Part shown: positions 8,181 through 16,894 of the stretch, one piece after another
How the letters are laid out: each line of letters starts with the position of its first letter
How positions within the stretch are numbered: position 1 is the stretch's first letter
IMG/VR virus record: IMGVR_UViG_3300031576_000023
Location: 1-64,000 of that record
Source: a virus
Reading direction: 5' to 3' (one strand)
DNA: 64,000 nt
Program-made: the position numbers and the translations under genes
Notes under the pieces: model-generated
Told to the model about the DNA's origin: nothing
What the model saw: the letters and a program-made list of their open reading frames with translations, nothing else
Databases searched by the model: none

Positions 8181-9814
8181 TCGCGGACCAACTTGCGCGC
8201 GGCGCGGAGATCATGGCGTCGGACCCGCTGGCGTTCTGCGGGCTGTTCTGGCCCGACATGCGGCTGTACGACAAGCAGCGCGAGATTCTCCTGAGCGTGA
8301 GGGACAACAAGCAGACGATAGCATACGGGGCGAACACGATGGGCAAGGACCGCATCGCGGCGGTGGCGGCCCTGTGGTTCTTCTGCACCAGACAGCCGGC
8401 GAAGGTGATCACGACCAGCAGCTCGAACCACCAGCTCAAGCACGTGTTGTGGGGGGAGATCGACTCGCTTGTGAGGTCGGCGAGCAGGCCAATCGACATC
8501 GCCCTGGACACGCTCCAGGCTCGTAAGCCGCTTCCAGGAAAACCGGGGGAGCACCAGCCGAATACCTATATGATCGGCTTGGTGACGAACGAAATCGAGA
8601 ACTTCCAGGGCCACCACCTCGACGGCTCTGCGTTGCCCCGCGTGCTGTTTCTATTCGACGAGGCCAGCTCATGCCCGGACCAGTTCTTCGAGGCTGCCGA
8701 GTCGCAGTTCCACCGGATGCTAGCGATAGGAAATCCGCTGAACACGCGCACGTGGTTCTACCGCGCCAGGCGGGCCGGCGACGCTCCGATAACAGGCTGG
8801 ACTGGGATGGCGCGGAAGATCATCCACATAGATGGCAACCTCAGCCCTAACGTCGTAGCGGCCAAGAAGTTCTACGCGGCTGGCTTGACTGGAACCCCGC
8901 CGATGGTGATTCCCGGTATCCTGTCATACGAGGAGTACCTGCACCGGCTGGAGTGGCCTCGCCGGATGCGGCACGTCCGCTTGGACGGTGAGTTCCTCGA
9001 CGACGAGGGAGAACGCTTGTTTTCGCAGGCGACCATCGACTTGGCGCAGAGAGTGTGGATTGCCGTAGATGCAGCCAAGAAGCTGAAAAGAACGGTCACG
9101 CGCCGCGGCAAGCAGGTCAAGAGGCCGATGGTCAACCACGGACCAAAGGCCATGGGCATCGACTCAGGGGAAGGCGGAGACTTGACAGTGTGGGTTGTGA
9201 CGGGAAAGTACGGCGTAGTACAGATCGTCGCAAAAAGAACTCCCAACACGGCCGAGATACGCGGCATCACCATCAGGCTGATGCGGCGCCACAAGATCGA
9301 CCCCAGGTTCGTCGCCTTTGATTCTGGAGGCGGCGGAAAAGAACACGCAGACGCCCTGCGCGACAGGGGGTACAACGGGATCATGGACGTGCACTTCGGT
9401 GCCGCCCCAGACAGCGACTGCAAGGGCGAGTACCGAAACATGCGAGCCCAACTCTACGGCCAGGCGGCTGCCCGACTGGTGCCGACAAGCAGCCAGGCAC
9501 GTTTGCTAGCCACCCCTCCAGATGGGTGGCATTCTAGGTGGTCGGCCTGTGGGATTCCGCCGGAGGCCAACCTGTTGGCCGAGGACCTACTGGTGCTTCC
9601 TGTCCAGCGAGATTCAGAGGGTCGTTTGGTACTCCCGCCCAAGGACGCCAGGCCGCACCAGGAGCGACACAGCGGCGTTCAGGGGCCTACGATTCGCGGG
9701 CTGCTGGGACGCAGTCCTGACCACGGAGACGCCTTCGTGCTGGCGTGCTACGCTTATTCGCGCCTGGAGGCGTACTCGGCGATTGAGCGCGTCCGCGGGA
9801 GCGTCGTGCACTGA
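8177..9814 (+). CDS. terL: Terminase large subunit
   Basis: Q motif LYDKQREIL, Walker A-like GANTMGKD, Walker B LFLFDEASS, AIGNP, RNase H-fold MGIDSGEGGD and RSPDHGDAFVLA. Confidence 0.93.
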   Translation: MIADQLARGAEIMASDPLAFCGLFWPDMRLYDKQREILLSVRDNKQTIAYGANTMGKDRIAAVAALWFFCTRQPAKVITTSSSNHQLKHVLWGEIDSLVRSASRPIDIALDTLQARKPLPGKPGEHQPNTYMIGLVTNEIENFQGHHLDGSALPRVLFLFDEASSCPDQFFEAAESQFHRMLAIGNPLNTRTWFYRARRAGDAPITGWTGMARKIIHIDGNLSPNVVAAKKFYAAGLTGTPPMVIPGILSYEEYLHRLEWPRRMRHVRLDGEFLDDEGERLFSQATIDLAQRVWIAVDAAKKLKRTVTRRGKQVKRPMVNHGPKAMGIDSGEGGDLTVWVVTGKYGVVQIVAKRTPNTAEIRGITIRLMRRHKIDPRFVAFDSGGGGKEHADALRDRGYNGIMDVHFGAAPDSDCKGEYRNMRAQLYGQAAARLVPTSSQARLLATPPDGWHSRWSACGIPPEANLLAEDLLVLPVQRDSEGRLVLPPKDARPHQERHSGVQGPTIRGLLGRSPDHGDAFVLACYAYSRLEAYSAIERVRGSVVH

Positions 9815-10059
9815 TGCCGTGCAGGCCGATGGACACACGGAAAGTAGGCGACCCGGTAATGAGGGCCAGACTTGAGACCCCGCTAGCGAGAATCGTGTCC
9901 ACCAGGCTGACTGGAATCCTGGAGAGAAGAGGGATCACCACCGTTAACGAAGTGCTACACTTCACCGAGCGCGAGTTGCGGGCGCTGCCGAGCGTGAGCA
10001 GCGCGGCCATTCGCGAGCTCTTGGAGGCCCTTGGCAGACTCGGGTTCAAGCGGCAATGA
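9814..10059 (+). CDS. Stand-alone RNA polymerase alpha-CTD-like (HhH) protein
   Basis: STRLTGILERRGITTVNEVLHFTERELRALPSVSSAAIRELLEALGRLG aligns by eye with the alphaCTD consensus LSVRxxNCLKRAGIxTVGDLxxxTExDLLKIxNFGxKSLxEIKExL; start may be 9829 or 9859. Confidence 0.75.
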   Translation: MPCRPMDTRKVGDPVMRARLETPLARIVSTRLTGILERRGITTVNEVLHFTERELRALPSVSSAAIRELLEALGRLGFKRQ

Positions 10060-10328
10060 TAAGGAACGTACCTGTAATCGGCACAGTGGTAGGATTGTCC
10101 AAGCGACCGGGCAGCATTCTGCTGACGGTCGAAGACCACGAGGCAACGCTGTATCCGGTCAGGATCGCCGTAACCGACGAGAAGCAGGATTACATGTTCC
10201 TCGGCTTCGAGGCAGAGGCGGCGCAGGAATACGTGCTGCTATGGCCGCCAGTGACTGGTTCTGACCACCCGGCGATGCGGTTCAGAAGGTGTTACGGTCC
10301 TAAGGAGGTCGCCAAGTGGTCTGGCTGA
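10056..10328 (+). CDS. Hypothetical protein
   Basis: ATGA coupling within operon. Confidence 0.6.
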   Translation: MIRNVPVIGTVVGLSKRPGSILLTVEDHEATLYPVRIAVTDEKQDYMFLGFEAEAAQEYVLLWPPVTGSDHPAMRFRRCYGPKEVAKWSG

Positions 10329-10660
10329 TCAGGAAGTTCGCCGAGCGAAAGACGCGGGCTTCGAACGAGGCCCTATCGCGCGCAGCCGGCGAAGCGCTTC
10401 TGGCTGCTAAGAGGGCGACCGCGCTTGCCCAGAAGGCGTCCGAGGACTTGCAGGAGTTGCGTGACGACTTGTCAGCTGCGAACGGCCAGCTTAGCACGGC
10501 CGTGGCGGAGCTAGAGGTAGCAAAAGCTCAGAACAGGACACTGTGGAAGATGCACGAGCGGTTCGCCGCCAGGGTGGACAGGGACACGGCGCTCTTGCAG
10601 CGCGAGATGACAGATGCGCAGAATGCAGCGATGAGTCGAACCTATGACGAGCCTGAGTAG
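10316..10660 (+). CDS. Coiled-coil hypothetical protein
   Basis: AAGGAGG RBS with GTG start; heptad pattern. Confidence 0.65.
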   Translation: MVWLIRKFAERKTRASNEALSRAAGEALLAAKRATALAQKASEDLQELRDDLSAANGQLSTAVAELEVAKAQNRTLWKMHERFAARVDRDTALLQREMTDAQNAAMSRTYDEPE

Positions 10661-10687
10661 ACGGGCCTGAGTAACTGAGGCATAGCG

Positions 10688-12859
10688 ATGTTCACTTCCG
10701 AGCGTTCGGCGGCGGCAGCGGAGGTTGCCGCGAGTCTCAACTTGTGCAAGCAGGCCGGGCCGGTCGAGTCGCACTTAGTCGAGGGGCGAAGGTCTACAGT
10801 CGGCGGCGAGCAGCGCGCAGCGCGCGAGAGCTACGAGCACTACCACGGCCACGTGTTCACGAGCGTCAGACCGATTGCTCAGCGGTGCGCCGGCCAGCCT
10901 GTCCGCGTCGCGCGGTTGCTAGCACCGGGGAAGCGCCCGCCAAGCTCTAAGGCCGTGAGCGACGAGACCTGGGAGCGCAGCTCATGGCTGAGGTCGGCAG
11001 CGCTGGATGATCCAGGCAGGATAGCCGTCCTGGACCAGCACCCGCTGTTGGACGTGCTGTCGAAGCCGAACCGCGTGGGCAACGAGTTCGCGCTCAAGTA
11101 CGTCACGATCGTCAGCCTGGAGATGACCGGCTGGGCGTTCTGGTGGATCACGAGAGATGAGAAGGGCCGACTTTCAATCTGGCACATGCCGACGCACCTC
11201 GTGGAGCCGAAGCACGAGGGGCGGATATTCAGCGGCTGGAAGATTTTCCAGCCCAGCGGCGGCATGCAAGGGAAGGACGTGCCCGCTGAGGAGATTGCAC
11301 CGTTCTGGTATCCGTCCCCCACGGACCCGGTCGGCGCCGTATCACCCCTGAGCGCCAACCGCCGCGCAGTCTTGATCGACGAGTACATCCAGGAGGCCCA
11401 GCAGCGCGCCTTCCAGCAGGGGATCAATCCCGGTATGGCGGTGATCGTCGGCGAGCAGACCGGCAAGGGCGGCGTCAAGTCCCGTCCCAGGCTGACCAGA
11501 AGGCAGCGCAACAGCATTCGCGGCGCGGTGCTGAACCGCATGCGCGGCTTGGCGCACTGGTACGAGCCGCTGATCTTCGACAGGGTTGTTAGCGACGTCA
11601 AGAAAATCAGCAACATTCCCAGCGAGATGGACTTTGCGGGGTCCACGGCCATCAGTCAGTCGCGCGTTGGCCAGGGGTTCGGCGTTGGCAAGGCGCAGAC
11701 TGGAGCCGTGGATGGCATGACCTACGGCGCGCTGGGGGCCGCCGACGCGTTGTTCGTGGACAATACGGTGAACCCGAAGCTGGACTTGCTCGGGCGGTGC
11801 ATCACCGGATTCGTGCTACCGGCGTTCGACAAGACGCCAGGCGTGTTCGTGTTCATCGAGCCGGCCAGGTCTAACGACTCGGTGCAGAGGTTCAACGAGT
11901 TCCGCGCTGGCGTCGCGGGTGGCTTGGTAACGCGCGAGGAGTTTCGCTCGAAGGTCCTGCACATCGCACCTAAGCCCACCGACGGCGAGACCTTGATGAT
12001 GCCGATGGGCGTGCAGGAGGTCGTTGTCGGCCAGCCGCCGCCGGCCGCACCTCCGCCAACTACGCAACTAGGACAGCCGGCGCCGACGGAGCTACCGGCT
12101 CAAGTCGGCGCCCAGAACGGACAGCCAAAGCCGGAAGGCAAGGAGGATAGCGCCGATCAGGCGCTACCCTTTCGCGGTAAGCAAGCAGGCTGGCAGGCGC
12201 TGGCTGGCACAGAGCCGCTGGTAGGATCGGCTCGCGTATTTGACGAAGCTGAACATCCGCGCGACGAGGGAGGCAGGTTCTCGTCTGGTGGAGGCAGTGC
12301 TTCGGCGGAGGCCGCTGATGTTGCCAGGGGACGGCCGACAATACCTAGCGAACGGATCGATCATGAGCCACCGAAGCAGAAGATGGTCGCGCCGCCCCAG
12401 CCGAGCGGAAAACCAGGCAGGGCGGCCGGTGGGTTCACGGCGACGGGCCAGACCAACACGGAGCTCGGCGACATGGCCGAGAAGGTCGCGGAGCAGTACG
12501 GGCTGCGCAGGATCATCCCAGAAGGCGAGCGGCGGAACCCGCTCGACCTCGAGTGGGATCACTCAGGCATGGCGTTTGAACTGAAGGCCGTTACCACCGC
12601 GAGCACAGAGTACAAGGTCCGCATGAAGGCCAAGGAGGCCGCCAGCAAGCGCGCCTATGCGAAGCGCAACAAGCTGAAGGCCGGAGTGATGATCATGGTC
12701 ATGGACACGAAGGCGCGGCGCGCATACACCTACTGGCGCAATGGCATCGGGCAATACCGTTTGTCGAAGGGGAACCTGTCTGAGTGGAACTACATGGGCA
12801 GCGTGAAATATTCCGGCAAGGCCAAGAAGGCGTTTTGCCCGACTGGTGAGGGCATCTGA
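10688..12859 (+). CDS. HK97-family portal protein fused to a C-terminal PD-(D/E)XK nuclease-like domain
   Basis: Portal motifs HPLLDVLSKPN, SLEMTGWAFW, GAVSPL, EMDF, LVTREEFRS; then Pro-rich linker, FDEAEHPRDEGGRFSS, and E..LG...E / PLDLEW / FELK nuclease pattern. Confidence 0.88.
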   Translation: MFTSERSAAAAEVAASLNLCKQAGPVESHLVEGRRSTVGGEQRAARESYEHYHGHVFTSVRPIAQRCAGQPVRVARLLAPGKRPPSSKAVSDETWERSSWLRSAALDDPGRIAVLDQHPLLDVLSKPNRVGNEFALKYVTIVSLEMTGWAFWWITRDEKGRLSIWHMPTHLVEPKHEGRIFSGWKIFQPSGGMQGKDVPAEEIAPFWYPSPTDPVGAVSPLSANRRAVLIDEYIQEAQQRAFQQGINPGMAVIVGEQTGKGGVKSRPRLTRRQRNSIRGAVLNRMRGLAHWYEPLIFDRVVSDVKKISNIPSEMDFAGSTAISQSRVGQGFGVGKAQTGAVDGMTYGALGAADALFVDNTVNPKLDLLGRCITGFVLPAFDKTPGVFVFIEPARSNDSVQRFNEFRAGVAGGLVTREEFRSKVLHIAPKPTDGETLMMPMGVQEVVVGQPPPAAPPPTTQLGQPAPTELPAQVGAQNGQPKPEGKEDSADQALPFRGKQAGWQALAGTEPLVGSARVFDEAEHPRDEGGRFSSGGGSASAEAADVARGRPTIPSERIDHEPPKQKMVAPPQPSGKPGRAAGGFTATGQTNTELGDMAEKVAEQYGLRRIIPEGERRNPLDLEWDHSGMAFELKAVTTASTEYKVRMKAKEAASKRAYAKRNKLKAGVMIMVMDTKARRAYTYWRNGIGQYRLSKGNLSEWNYMGSVKYSGKAKKAFCPTGEGI

Positions 12860-15800
12860 TGGCGTTTGTCTTGTGGACTAGCGAAGAGGACGGCATCGAC
12901 CTCGGCAATCCGCTCGACCTATTCATCGCGTTCGCGGAGGTTGGCGATGTCGCGAGCGGCGACGAGTACGAGGAGCTGCGCGGCGTCCCGCTCGCTGGCG
13001 AGGACACGGTAAGCGCGGAGTACGCCGACAAGGTATCCCGACAGGCAGCCGACGCCCTAAAGCTAGGCGGCATTGGCGATCACGGACGATGGATTCTCGG
13101 ACGGCTTGCTGGAACGACCTCCGACGAAAAGGCTGCCGCGTACTTGCACCACGGCGACACGTTTCGGACGGCGTTCACGAGGGCGTGGCTCAAGCGCGCC
13201 GACGAGCGAGAGGAGCGGCTCGTAGCGGTAGTGCGCCGGTTTCTATCTGAGCAGGCAGCCGAGATCGTCCGCAAGCTGCCGTCGATCGGGCTGAACGCCG
13301 ACCCGACGTCCGCTGCCAAGCGCGCGTTCAAGGCAAAGAAGTGGAACGACAGGCTGCGCAGGGAGATGGGCGTCTGGCTGGCCGACACGATGGCGCAGGG
13401 GGCGGCGCTGGAGCTGAACGCGACCGAGAAGCGGCGTGCCGCTGCGGGGACGATCGAGAAAGCCGAGGGCTGGGAGATCAGCCCCGAAGACCTGCTGGAC
13501 CTCTCCGTTGACATCCCGCAGCAGGTGCTCGACGGGATTGTGGGCCACACGAACGACATCCTGGAGCAGGACTACTGGGACGACATCAACGAGACCACGC
13601 TCGACAAGCTGACGCTGGCTATTCGCGACGGGATCGACGCCGGAGAGACGCGGCGGGAGATCACGGCGCGTGTGCAGGAGGCCCTGGGGGAAGAAGGAAA
13701 CCTGGCGCGGGCGCGGGCGATCGCCAGGACTGAGTCAACGGGGGCGATGAACGCCGGACACCAAGAAGCGCGCAGCTACTTAGAAGACGAAGGCGTCATC
13801 GAGGGAAAAACGTGGCTCAGTACGAGGGATGCCCGCACGCGAGAGACGCACCTGGAGATGGACGGCCAAGAGCGCGAGAACGATGAGATGTTCGACCTGC
13901 CGGACGGGGAGCAAGCCTTGTATCCTGGCGCGCACACGCTTAGCGCTGGTGAACGAATCAACTGCCGCTGCGTGGCTTCAGCTAGCACTGTATTCAGTAA
14001 GGGTTGGCGCCTCGGTTGGTTGAAGGCTGAGCGCGTGTCCGACGACGCGGACTCTAAGGCGTTTTGTCCTACCGGCCCCGGCGGCGGGATAGACCCAACG
14101 TGCTCGCCAGGCACTGGCAGCCAAGCAGGCGGAACACAGGGTTTCTCCGCCGGGATTGACACGAGCAAGTGGTCGCCGACGCATTCCTCGGCCAAAGCGG
14201 CGAAGAACAAGATCGGCGCCATGGAGGCGCTGGCCGGCACGGGCGACGTCGAGAAGTTGCTGGCTGCGAAGCCGTCGTTTGGGAACAACCCGAACAGCTA
14301 TCAGAAAGCGGTCATCAAGGCGCACGAAACCCTTGTCGCGCAGGTGCAGGCCAGCGCGCTGGTCAACTCGCCGATGGCGGACGCAGCCGAGGAGGCCGAG
14401 GGTGTTCTCAATATATCTTCGTGGACTAAATCTGGTCCGCAGCTCGGCTCCAACAAGGGCGGACAGTACCTGGCCGAGGACGGGACTAAGTATTACGTGA
14501 AATTCCCGAAGGACGAAGCGCGGGCTAGAAACGAGGTACTGGCGTCCAAGCTGTACCAGGCGGCGGGCAGCAACGCGGCAGAATTGAGCCTGGTCGAAAC
14601 ATCCGGCAATATCGGCGTAGCGTCCAAGTGGATCGACGACAGCAAGGAGGCAGAATTGGGCGACGCGGCCTCGCGAGAGTTGGCGCAGCAGAGCTTTGCC
14701 ACGCACGCCTGGTTGGCGAACTGGGACGCGGTCGGAGACGTGTCGCAGCCGGACAACATCAGGATTGTCGGAGAAGGCGCGGCGGCGCACGCCGTCACGA
14801 TGGATGTTGGCGGGTCGCTGGAGTACAGGGCGCAAGGCGGCGAAAAGGACTTTGGAGATCTGACCGGCGAGTGGAACACGCTTCGGAACTCCACAATCAA
14901 TTCGACCGGCGCAGTCGTATTCGGTGATATGACGCCGCAGCAGTTGGTCGAGAGCGCTGCCAAGGTGTCAGCGGTCGATGACACGACCATCCGCGCCTTG
15001 GTAGAAAAGTATCACCCCGGAATCGCGAGCAAGAAAACCGCGCTTGCCGATACGCTCATCTCTCGCAGGGACGACATCACCAGTCGCGCAGCGGCGCTTG
15101 GCTTGCCGGCTGGAGTAATCGAGGCCGGGCAGTCGGCGGCAGACTCGGTCCCGCCAGCCGTGCCGCCTCCGCCTAAGTTCGGTGGGGCTACGACTGCGAT
15201 GTACCAGGCCAAGGTCAACACAATCCACGAGCTTGCGAAGGCCGGAGACATAGCCGGTATCGAAGCGATCAAGACAACGGCTGACGCGAAACAAGGATAC
15301 ACGAAGAAAATTCACGCCTACAAGGCGGAGGTCCTGGCATCGCTCGGCGCTGGCGGTAAGGTGTCCGCCGCGACAGAGGCGCAGTCGGCGCTCAAGGCGG
15401 CGTCGGCCGTAAAGATCGACGCGACTGTGCTTGCAGAGCCTCCAGAATTCTTCGGGACCTACGCATCCGCGAATGCCGTCATCGTCGCCGAGGTGCAGAA
15501 GGTCGCCGCCACTGGAGACCTGGATGCCCTGAAGGGCATGGCTTTCAAGAGTCCGAAGCTGACGGAGTGGCACGCGAGAGTTGTGCACGACGTTGCCAGC
15601 CAGCTTAACCAGCCGCCTCCGTCGAAGTCGCTGAACAGCAAGCTAAGTGACTTGGCGGCGGCGGCGCGCGTTGTCAAGGGCGGTACCGCCGAGAAAATCG
15701 GCCACTACAGTGTGCTCGCAAAGTCTGCAGGTATACCAGCGGAGTTTGAAGGGACAGGCGCGACACTTACGACGAAAGACTGGCTGGACGGGCACCAAGC

Positions 15801-16332
15801 GTGGCAGAACCTGCCGTTGGCCGAACAGAAAGCCGTTTCGAATTACACCGAAGATGGCTACATCACAACGAACAAGATTCTTCGCGGTGGAAACCCAACT
15901 GGCTCGCCAGGAGAGAGGAAGATAGCGAGAACAGAAGCGCTTGACACAGCGAACGGCGTAACGAAGGCGTCGATTGTCCTCAAGCCTGGCATAACGCTGA
16001 CGAGATTCCACAACCTAGGAGATGACGACGTGAATAAGCTGGTAGGCGCCGTCGGATCGGTGGTGCAGGACGCGGGAGTCATAAGCACTAGTACAAGTTC
16101 CGATGTGTTCTCAGGCGGCAAAGTACATTGGACGCTTACCGTTGGCGAAGGCGTGCGCGGGCTGCCAGCCGAAGGCTTCTCGGAGGAAGATGGGGAGATG
16201 GAGGTAATGCTGCCACCAAACACTAGGTATCTGATAACAAGCGCCAAACGCCCCACTACTTTGGGCTACAGAGCCATCGACGTCACGGCGGTCATCTTAC
16301 CGTTCCAGCCGGGCCAGTGCTGCCCGCCATAG
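12859..16332 (+). CDS. MuF (minor head morphogenesis) polyprotein with PI3/4-kinase/HipA-like kinase and ADP-ribosyltransferase domains
   Basis: MuF: RARAIARTE, KTWLSTRDARTRETH, INCRC. Kinase: QLGSNKGG, YYVKF, NEVLASKLY, WLANWDAVG, DNI, MDVGGSL. ART: YTEDGYITTNKILR, TR, ISTS, EMEVMLPPNTRY. Confidence 0.88.
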   Translation: MAFVLWTSEEDGIDLGNPLDLFIAFAEVGDVASGDEYEELRGVPLAGEDTVSAEYADKVSRQAADALKLGGIGDHGRWILGRLAGTTSDEKAAAYLHHGDTFRTAFTRAWLKRADEREERLVAVVRRFLSEQAAEIVRKLPSIGLNADPTSAAKRAFKAKKWNDRLRREMGVWLADTMAQGAALELNATEKRRAAAGTIEKAEGWEISPEDLLDLSVDIPQQVLDGIVGHTNDILEQDYWDDINETTLDKLTLAIRDGIDAGETRREITARVQEALGEEGNLARARAIARTESTGAMNAGHQEARSYLEDEGVIEGKTWLSTRDARTRETHLEMDGQERENDEMFDLPDGEQALYPGAHTLSAGERINCRCVASASTVFSKGWRLGWLKAERVSDDADSKAFCPTGPGGGIDPTCSPGTGSQAGGTQGFSAGIDTSKWSPTHSSAKAAKNKIGAMEALAGTGDVEKLLAAKPSFGNNPNSYQKAVIKAHETLVAQVQASALVNSPMADAAEEAEGVLNISSWTKSGPQLGSNKGGQYLAEDGTKYYVKFPKDEARARNEVLASKLYQAAGSNAAELSLVETSGNIGVASKWIDDSKEAELGDAASRELAQQSFATHAWLANWDAVGDVSQPDNIRIVGEGAAAHAVTMDVGGSLEYRAQGGEKDFGDLTGEWNTLRNSTINSTGAVVFGDMTPQQLVESAAKVSAVDDTTIRALVEKYHPGIASKKTALADTLISRRDDITSRAAALGLPAGVIEAGQSAADSVPPAVPPPPKFGGATTAMYQAKVNTIHELAKAGDIAGIEAIKTTADAKQGYTKKIHAYKAEVLASLGAGGKVSAATEAQSALKAASAVKIDATVLAEPPEFFGTYASANAVIVAEVQKVAATGDLDALKGMAFKSPKLTEWHARVVHDVASQLNQPPPSKSLNSKLSDLAAAARVVKGGTAEKIGHYSVLAKSAGIPAEFEGTGATLTTKDWLDGHQAWQNLPLAEQKAVSNYTEDGYITTNKILRGGNPTGSPGERKIARTEALDTANGVTKASIVLKPGITLTRFHNLGDDDVNKLVGAVGSVVQDAGVISTSTSSDVFSGGKVHWTLTVGEGVRGLPAEGFSEEDGEMEVMLPPNTRYLITSAKRPTTLGYRAIDVTAVILPFQPGQCCPP

Positions 16333-16337
16333 CCGAC

Positions 16338-16835
16338 ATGTCAAGCGAAAAACCGATCACCAAGGGCACCGAGCCAGACGTCTTCGGGCGAACTCTATTG
16401 GATGCTGGTTCGTCCGACGAGCATCAGTACCTTGCGGATCCGCGCGTAGCACATGCCCTGCTGTCAGACGTCCTCCAGCAGGCAATGTTTGCCGTGGACT
16501 CGGAACGTTTCGCGGCCTTGGTCGAGACAATAGCGATGCGCACTGCACGGACGTTTCTAGGCGGCCAGGCTGACTATGTTCCGCTGAGGAAATGGAACGA
16601 GCCTGGCGGTATAGACGTGTTTCTCGCGAAATGGCTCGGTGTTGATGAACTAGACCCGACGCGAAGGGTGGCGGGCGCGATCGTGGCCATGTTGGAGGAA
16701 GCAATGGATATTGCGGTTGATGCCTCCAGCATGGCCGCCAAAGCGCGCGACTGGCAGTGGCGGATAGACGAACTCCTGGACAGGTACGCCGCGCTGTTCA
16801 TCGGACTGGACCAGACCACGATGATGATTCTTTAA
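16338..16835 (+). CDS. Hypothetical helical protein, candidate immunity/partner of MuF cargo
   Basis: Starts 5 bp after the MuF-ART stop; acidic and helical; function inferred from position only. Confidence 0.55.
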   Translation: MSSEKPITKGTEPDVFGRTLLDAGSSDEHQYLADPRVAHALLSDVLQQAMFAVDSERFAALVETIAMRTARTFLGGQADYVPLRKWNEPGGIDVFLAKWLGVDELDPTRRVAGAIVAMLEEAMDIAVDASSMAAKARDWQWRIDELLDRYAALFIGLDQTTMMIL

Positions 16836-16894
16836 TGCCCTTGCCAGCCAACCGGTCTTGACGTGCAAGGGGTAGCTGCGTCAGAGTAGACAAC

